This document shows, one piece after another, positions 17,844-21,945 of a stretch of DNA of 21,945 nt. Every line of letters begins with the position of its first letter. Positions within the stretch are counted from its first letter, which is position 1. The notes beneath the pieces are model-generated. The model was not told the origin of the DNA, made no database searches, and saw nothing but the letters and a program-made list of their open reading frames with translations. Source of the DNA: Candidatus Jordarchaeia archaeon (lineage in GTDB: Archaea > Asgardarchaeota > Jordiarchaeia > Jordiarchaeales > Jordiarchaeaceae). Location: contig JAHQXB010000010.1 of NCBI GenBank assembly GCA_029856435.1, positions 1-21,945 on the forward strand. The letters are read 5' to 3'. Position numbers and translations under genes: made by a program.

Positions 17844-18101
17844 CTACTCGTGTCCCAGAACGTGCTTTTTCAAGGTTCTTGTTTTTTCAGGTAAATTTTT
17901 TTCCAAAATTTCAATTATCTGCTCGTTTATTATTGCGTGTTCTAAGGTGCAACTGTCAGCCTTCTCTTTTCCACTCAAAATTGCTGCAGTGTTTTCTGTG
18001 ATGCGGATTAATTCTGTTGCAATTACTCCGTTGAGCCAGATGAGCTCCCTCAAAACTTCCTTCAACTCTTTAAGTTCCTTTCCATATTCCATAATGTTCA
18101 C
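17844..18101 (-). CDS. Small hypothetical protein
   Basis: 85 aa helical ORF (LIWLNGVIATELIRITEN), co-oriented between the GTPase and CoA-transferase genes. No function recognised. Confidence 0.7.
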   Translation of the reverse strand: MNIMEYGKELKELKEVLRELIWLNGVIATELIRITENTAAILSGKEKADSCTLEHAIINEQIIEILEKNLPEKTRTLKKHVLGHE

Positions 18102-18185
18102 CAGTAAAATTTTCTACAAGAATTAGGATATATACAGAAAATAATTTTTACAATGAAAGAGTTTTTGGTTTCTCTGTTTGGTTTG

Positions 18186-19184
18186 CTACTCTTTTTTGAT
18201 TAGGAGTTCCGCCATTGATTTGAATAGTTCCTCTATGTTTGCCCCTGTTTTGGCGCTTGTCTCAAAGTAGGATGCATTTATCCCCTTGGCGTATTTTAGG
18301 CCTTCTTCCCCTAGCATCTTTCCTTCTAGGTCTGCCTTGTTGCCGACTACAAACATTGTAATAGGGCCAAAGGAGCTCAGTATTTCTCTACGCCATTTTT
18401 CTAGGTTTTGGAATGATTTTGGATTGGTTAAGTCGAAAACCAGAATGGCTGCGTCTGCATCTACGTAGAGTTCTTTTCTCATATGCTCGAAGCTTGTTGA
18501 GCCCCCGAAATCCCAGAAGTGTAATCGTACCTTGTTCCTACCAATTTCAAACTGTTTCACAGTGAAGTCGCAACCCAGGGTAGGTGTGTATTCCGTAGAA
18601 AATTTATTTTCAGTGGTTTTTTTAATGATACTGGTTTTTCCCACGTTTTGGTCTCCCACAAGGAGGATTTTGAACATGAAGGTTTTCGACCTTCTAAGAA
18701 TCTGCTTTAAAGACAAAACTGGCTTGGATGGCTCCTGTACTGAGACTGTGGCTTTAGGCTCCGCCTTTGGAACTTCTGGTACAATTAGCTCTCTCAAATC
18801 TTTCTCGAGAAGCACTTCATCGATTTTTTCCTCGAAACCTGCAAACGGTTGAACGCTTCCATTCCAATATTGGAGCTGGGAGCCAAAACTCTCAATAAAC
18901 TGGTTGATTATTTTTCTCAAAGCTTCTCTTACCAGTTCTTCATTGTCTTCCCTATGGATAACCGCCACGAGTTTAAAGTTGTCACTTGACTCGTATACTA
19001 TTCTGTGATTCTTTAGTATGATTTCTTGAAGGTCTTCTTCCTCTCCATGGATAAGTTTACTGGAAAACTTGAGAATTGCAGTTAAAAAGCCACCAATAAG
19101 ATTCTCATCAATATTAATGGAGCCATACTTCCTAGAAAGAATGCACACACCACGATGATCAATAAGATATATTCCCTGAATCAT
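18186..19184 (-). CDS. Longin domain - Ras/Rab-like small GTPase fusion
   Basis: N-terminal longin-like domain (GIYLIDHRGVCI, LIGGFLTAILKF). GTPase motifs G1 GDQNVGKTS, G2 YTPTLGCDF, G3 WDFGG, G4 NKAD, G5 ETSAK. Confidence 0.92.
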   Translation of the reverse strand: MIQGIYLIDHRGVCILSRKYGSINIDENLIGGFLTAILKFSSKLIHGEEEDLQEIILKNHRIVYESSDNFKLVAVIHREDNEELVREALRKIINQFIESFGSQLQYWNGSVQPFAGFEEKIDEVLLEKDLRELIVPEVPKAEPKATVSVQEPSKPVLSLKQILRRSKTFMFKILLVGDQNVGKTSIIKKTTENKFSTEYTPTLGCDFTVKQFEIGRNKVRLHFWDFGGSTSFEHMRKELYVDADAAILVFDLTNPKSFQNLEKWRREILSSFGPITMFVVGNKADLEGKMLGEEGLKYAKGINASYFETSAKTGANIEELFKSMAELLIKKE

Positions 19185-19588
19185 TAAAGGAAACCACCCA
19201 CAAATCTAAAGCACACAACAATCTATATTATGCAAACACCCATATTAAATTATCATCACCCTTTAATAGTCCCCCCATAAATTTCAGCCCTTCCCCTTCA
19301 CAGAAAAGTAAATTAAACTATAAAATAACTATATATAACCTAGACTGTCAGGTAAGTTCCCATTGAATCAATCTTTCTTGCATAGAAAAAATAAGCCTAA
19401 ACTCCACTACGGGTCTTTTGAGAACCGTTACACCATCAATTATGATGCCCACTCGTAAAAAAGCAGAATTCAGCAAAACCCAGAGGGATAAAATGCAAGA
19501 AATTAATAGAAATCCTGTAGAAAAAACACATAAAGCAGAATAAAGGTGTAAATAAATTAACGATAAAAAAATGAAAATGAAAGTTGTT

Positions 19589-21256
19589 CTACTTTTTAAT
19601 TTTGGCTTTTTCTTCTTCTCTCAGTTCTCTCTTAAGAACTTTACCCGTGGCACTGAGTGGTAGCTCTTTTCTAAACTCAATTATCTTTGGAACCTTATAG
19701 GGTGCTAAACTTTTCTTCAGGAACTGTCTAATCTCCTCGGCGAGTTTAGGGCTTCCCTCGTATCCCTCCTTCAATGTGACGAAAGCCTTTACTATTTCGC
19801 TACCCGGTCTATCCGGATCCGGTATACCTATGGTCGCGGCCATATTCACTGCGGGATGTTCAAACAGCACGTCGTCAACCTCTCTTGAAGCCACTTTATA
19901 CCCTGAAACATTGATTATGTCCTTCTTCCGGTCAACGATGTAAAAGTAGCCGTCCTCATCCATGTAGCCAATATCGCCAGTATAGTACCAACCATTCTTT
20001 AAAGCCTTCTCAGTTTCCTCCGGTTTCTTCCAGTAACCCTTATAGAACACCTGAGGACCGTATGCTATGAGTTCTCCCCGCTCTCCCACCGGAAGCTCTT
20101 CACCCCCAGTCTCCGCATCCACTACCTTAACTATGGTGTCTGGGAGGGGAATACCTACAGACCCCACCTTTTTTAGCCCCTCAGCCGGATTCGCGGTGAG
20201 CACGGGGCTGGCTTCGGTCATTCCCCAGACTTCAAGCACTTTTCCTTGGGTTTTGCTGTTATACTCGTTTATAATTTCTGGGGGGAAGGCTGCGGCTCCG
20301 CTTATGAATATTTTCGCCTCCCTTATCGCTGATTTTTCAAATTTTGGATGTCTCAGTAGCTGAATGTAGATTGTAGGAACATTGCATACGACTGTGGGAT
20401 GGTACTGGTCAATTAGGTTTATTGTTCCCTCAATGTCCCTTGGGTTGGGTATTAGGATTTGGCCTGCTGCCATAGAAACACATACTATATTGAACGCCAG
20501 ACCCGCCAAATGGAAGAACGGGAACGATGAGCAAACAATCTCCTTACCCCTCTCAAACTTAAGCCAAGATATGAGTTGGGTTGTTTGTCTAACCATATTT
20601 TCGTGGGTAAGAATTGTTCCCTTAGGTAAACCAGTGGTTCCCGCAGTATACTGGAGTAGAGCCCAATCATCTCTGGGATTTATTTTCACCTTAGGGGGTT
20701 TCGGCTCATATTTAAGAAGTTCCAAGAACGATATCGCCCCCTCATACTCTGTTGGCTCAGGCAGAGAGCCCTCCTGTGGAAAGTCACCCAACCCCGCTAC
20801 TATCACATTCCTCAATTTGGTTTCCTTTCTTACCTCCTGTACCCGGGACAGGAAAAGGTCCAAGGCTACAATTGTTTCCGCGTCGGAATCATCTAAAATG
20901 TATTTAAGTTCTCGGGGGGTGAGAAGTGGATTTATTCCTGTGGGCACCGCCCCAATTTTTATGGCTGCGTAGAGTGCTATCAAGTATTGGGGCATATTTA
21001 GACAGTATATTCCCACACGATCCCCCTTCTTTACCCCCATATCTGCAAGGGCCGCTGCGAAGCTATAATGGTACTTGCCAAACTCTTTGAAAGAAATTAT
21101 TCTCTTGCCCTGGATCATCATGGGTCTATCTGGAAATTCCTTCACCGAAGCATCCACAAAGTGGAATAATGGTACGTTTGGATATTCGAGCGTCTTTGGA
21201 ACATTGGGATCATAGTGTTTCAGCCAAGGTTTACTCTCATAAATTCCTTTAGACAA
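19589..21256 (-). CDS. Long-chain fatty-acid--CoA ligase (AMP-binding family)
   Basis: LQYTAGTTGLPKG, WGMTEASP, GWYYTGDIG, IVDRKKD and LSATGKVLK. TTG start. Confidence 0.95.
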   Translation of the reverse strand: MSKGIYESKPWLKHYDPNVPKTLEYPNVPLFHFVDASVKEFPDRPMMIQGKRIISFKEFGKYHYSFAAALADMGVKKGDRVGIYCLNMPQYLIALYAAIKIGAVPTGINPLLTPRELKYILDDSDAETIVALDLFLSRVQEVRKETKLRNVIVAGLGDFPQEGSLPEPTEYEGAISFLELLKYEPKPPKVKINPRDDWALLQYTAGTTGLPKGTILTHENMVRQTTQLISWLKFERGKEIVCSSFPFFHLAGLAFNIVCVSMAAGQILIPNPRDIEGTINLIDQYHPTVVCNVPTIYIQLLRHPKFEKSAIREAKIFISGAAAFPPEIINEYNSKTQGKVLEVWGMTEASPVLTANPAEGLKKVGSVGIPLPDTIVKVVDAETGGEELPVGERGELIAYGPQVFYKGYWKKPEETEKALKNGWYYTGDIGYMDEDGYFYIVDRKKDIINVSGYKVASREVDDVLFEHPAVNMAATIGIPDPDRPGSEIVKAFVTLKEGYEGSPKLAEEIRQFLKKSLAPYKVPKIIEFRKELPLSATGKVLKRELREEEKAKIKK

Positions 21257-21504
21257 AGTTTCTCCCTCCTAGAAATCACTCACTTATAATGTGAAATAAG
21301 AAATAAAGTATATAAAGTTTTAATCTTCGACAATTTCGGGAGAAATTAATTCCGGCCCTAGCCCGCGGTGCTTAAATTGAAAGCGTGATACTTTTTATGG
21401 TTTCAAGAGCTTCTGAGTAGTTTATGCAATATGAGGCTTACTATGCTCGCATGCCTTTAACCAAACCCTTATTTATCCGTCTTCTTTTTTGGCTTCTTGA
21501 AAAG

Positions 21505-21610
21505 GGTGATGCAGATTTATTCGGTTCCATCTCCCTATAAGGCTCCAAATCGTGAAAGAATCCCTATAAACACCCCTTTTTGAGGCGAAATCGAACAATT
21601 CTACATCACC
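21505..21610. mobile_element. MITE copy 2 (106 bp, inverted relative to copy 1)
   Basis: Reverse complement of 4574-4681 with 4 substitutions and 2 single-base indels by manual alignment. 9 bp target-site duplication CTTGAAAAG at 21496-21504 and 21611-21619. Confidence 0.92.
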
Positions 21611-21660
21611 CTTGAAAAGGTCGATTATTTTTATATTACAAATGTTGTAAACGGTGATAC

Positions 21661-21840
21661 ATGCCTGAGACTACCCTGAAGAGATGATTCCAATAAGATT
21701 AGGCGAGGATCTTCATAAAGAGATTCAACAGTATTGTAGGGAGAGTCGAAAACAAAGGCGATGACCTAACTTTTGAGGCTGGAATTGGAAAAGTGTGGAT
21801 GGCGAAGGCTCTCGAAATGTATCGGGTAAGAAATTGTAAA
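21661..21840 (+). pseudogene. Possible frameshifted small DNA-binding (ribbon-helix-helix-like) gene
   Basis: Three overlapping frames can be joined as MPETTLKR / MIPIRLGEDLHKEIQQYCRE / VENKGDDLTFEAGIGKVWMAKALEMYRVRN. Weak support. Confidence 0.25.
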
Positions 21841-21945
21841 AGTTTTTTATCATTAGTTATATTGGTCTCCGTGAAAAAGAGGGCAAAAAACGCTTTTTTT
21901 GGGGAAAAGAAGACTTCATTAACCGTTTATGCCCGGGACACCAAA

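Noticed and set aside
418-20972. Antisense and nested ORFs in the track (e.g. 418-780, 4987-5319, 7759-8148, 14155-14484, 20382-20972)
   Set aside because: They are shadows of well-supported genes on the opposite strand or in another frame, with no independent motifs.
21349-21365. ATTCCGGCCCTAGCCCG resembling the 5' hairpin of locus A (3144-3159)
   Set aside because: A single short gapped match with no further collinear blocks, and the hairpin is not preserved. Compatible with chance.
1-21945. CRISPR array, tRNA or rRNA genes
   Set aside because: No run of 25-40 nt repeats with spacers, and no cloverleaf or rRNA signature, was seen on either strand by eye.

Overview
This 21.9 kb window looks like Asgard-type archaeal DNA. 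That assignment is an inference from a stand-alone longin-domain gene, a longin-Rab-like GTPase fusion, TATA-type promoters and TTG/GTG starts. The ordinary content is two crotonase-family enzymes, an acyl-CoA ligase, a two-subunit CoA-transferase-fold pair, an amidohydrolase, rubrerythrin, an MFS transporter, a TPR protein and an AbrB-methyltransferase-methyltransferase operon. The mobile content is an IS607-family element with intact tnpA and heavily decayed tnpB, plus two inverted copies of a ~107 bp MITE, each with terminal inverted repeats and a target-site duplication. The most interesting signal is non-coding. Three GC-rich intergenic segments on the minus strand (about 2976-3175, 13835-13980 and 15025-15190) have no tnpB next to them. 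The first two share ordered motifs with each other and with the right-end/omega-RNA region of the IS607 tnpB in this window. The third resembles my recollection of Cas12f/TnpB guide scaffolds. They may be orphan or trans-acting guide-RNA loci, or only eroded transposon ends. No CRISPR array, tRNA or rRNA was found.
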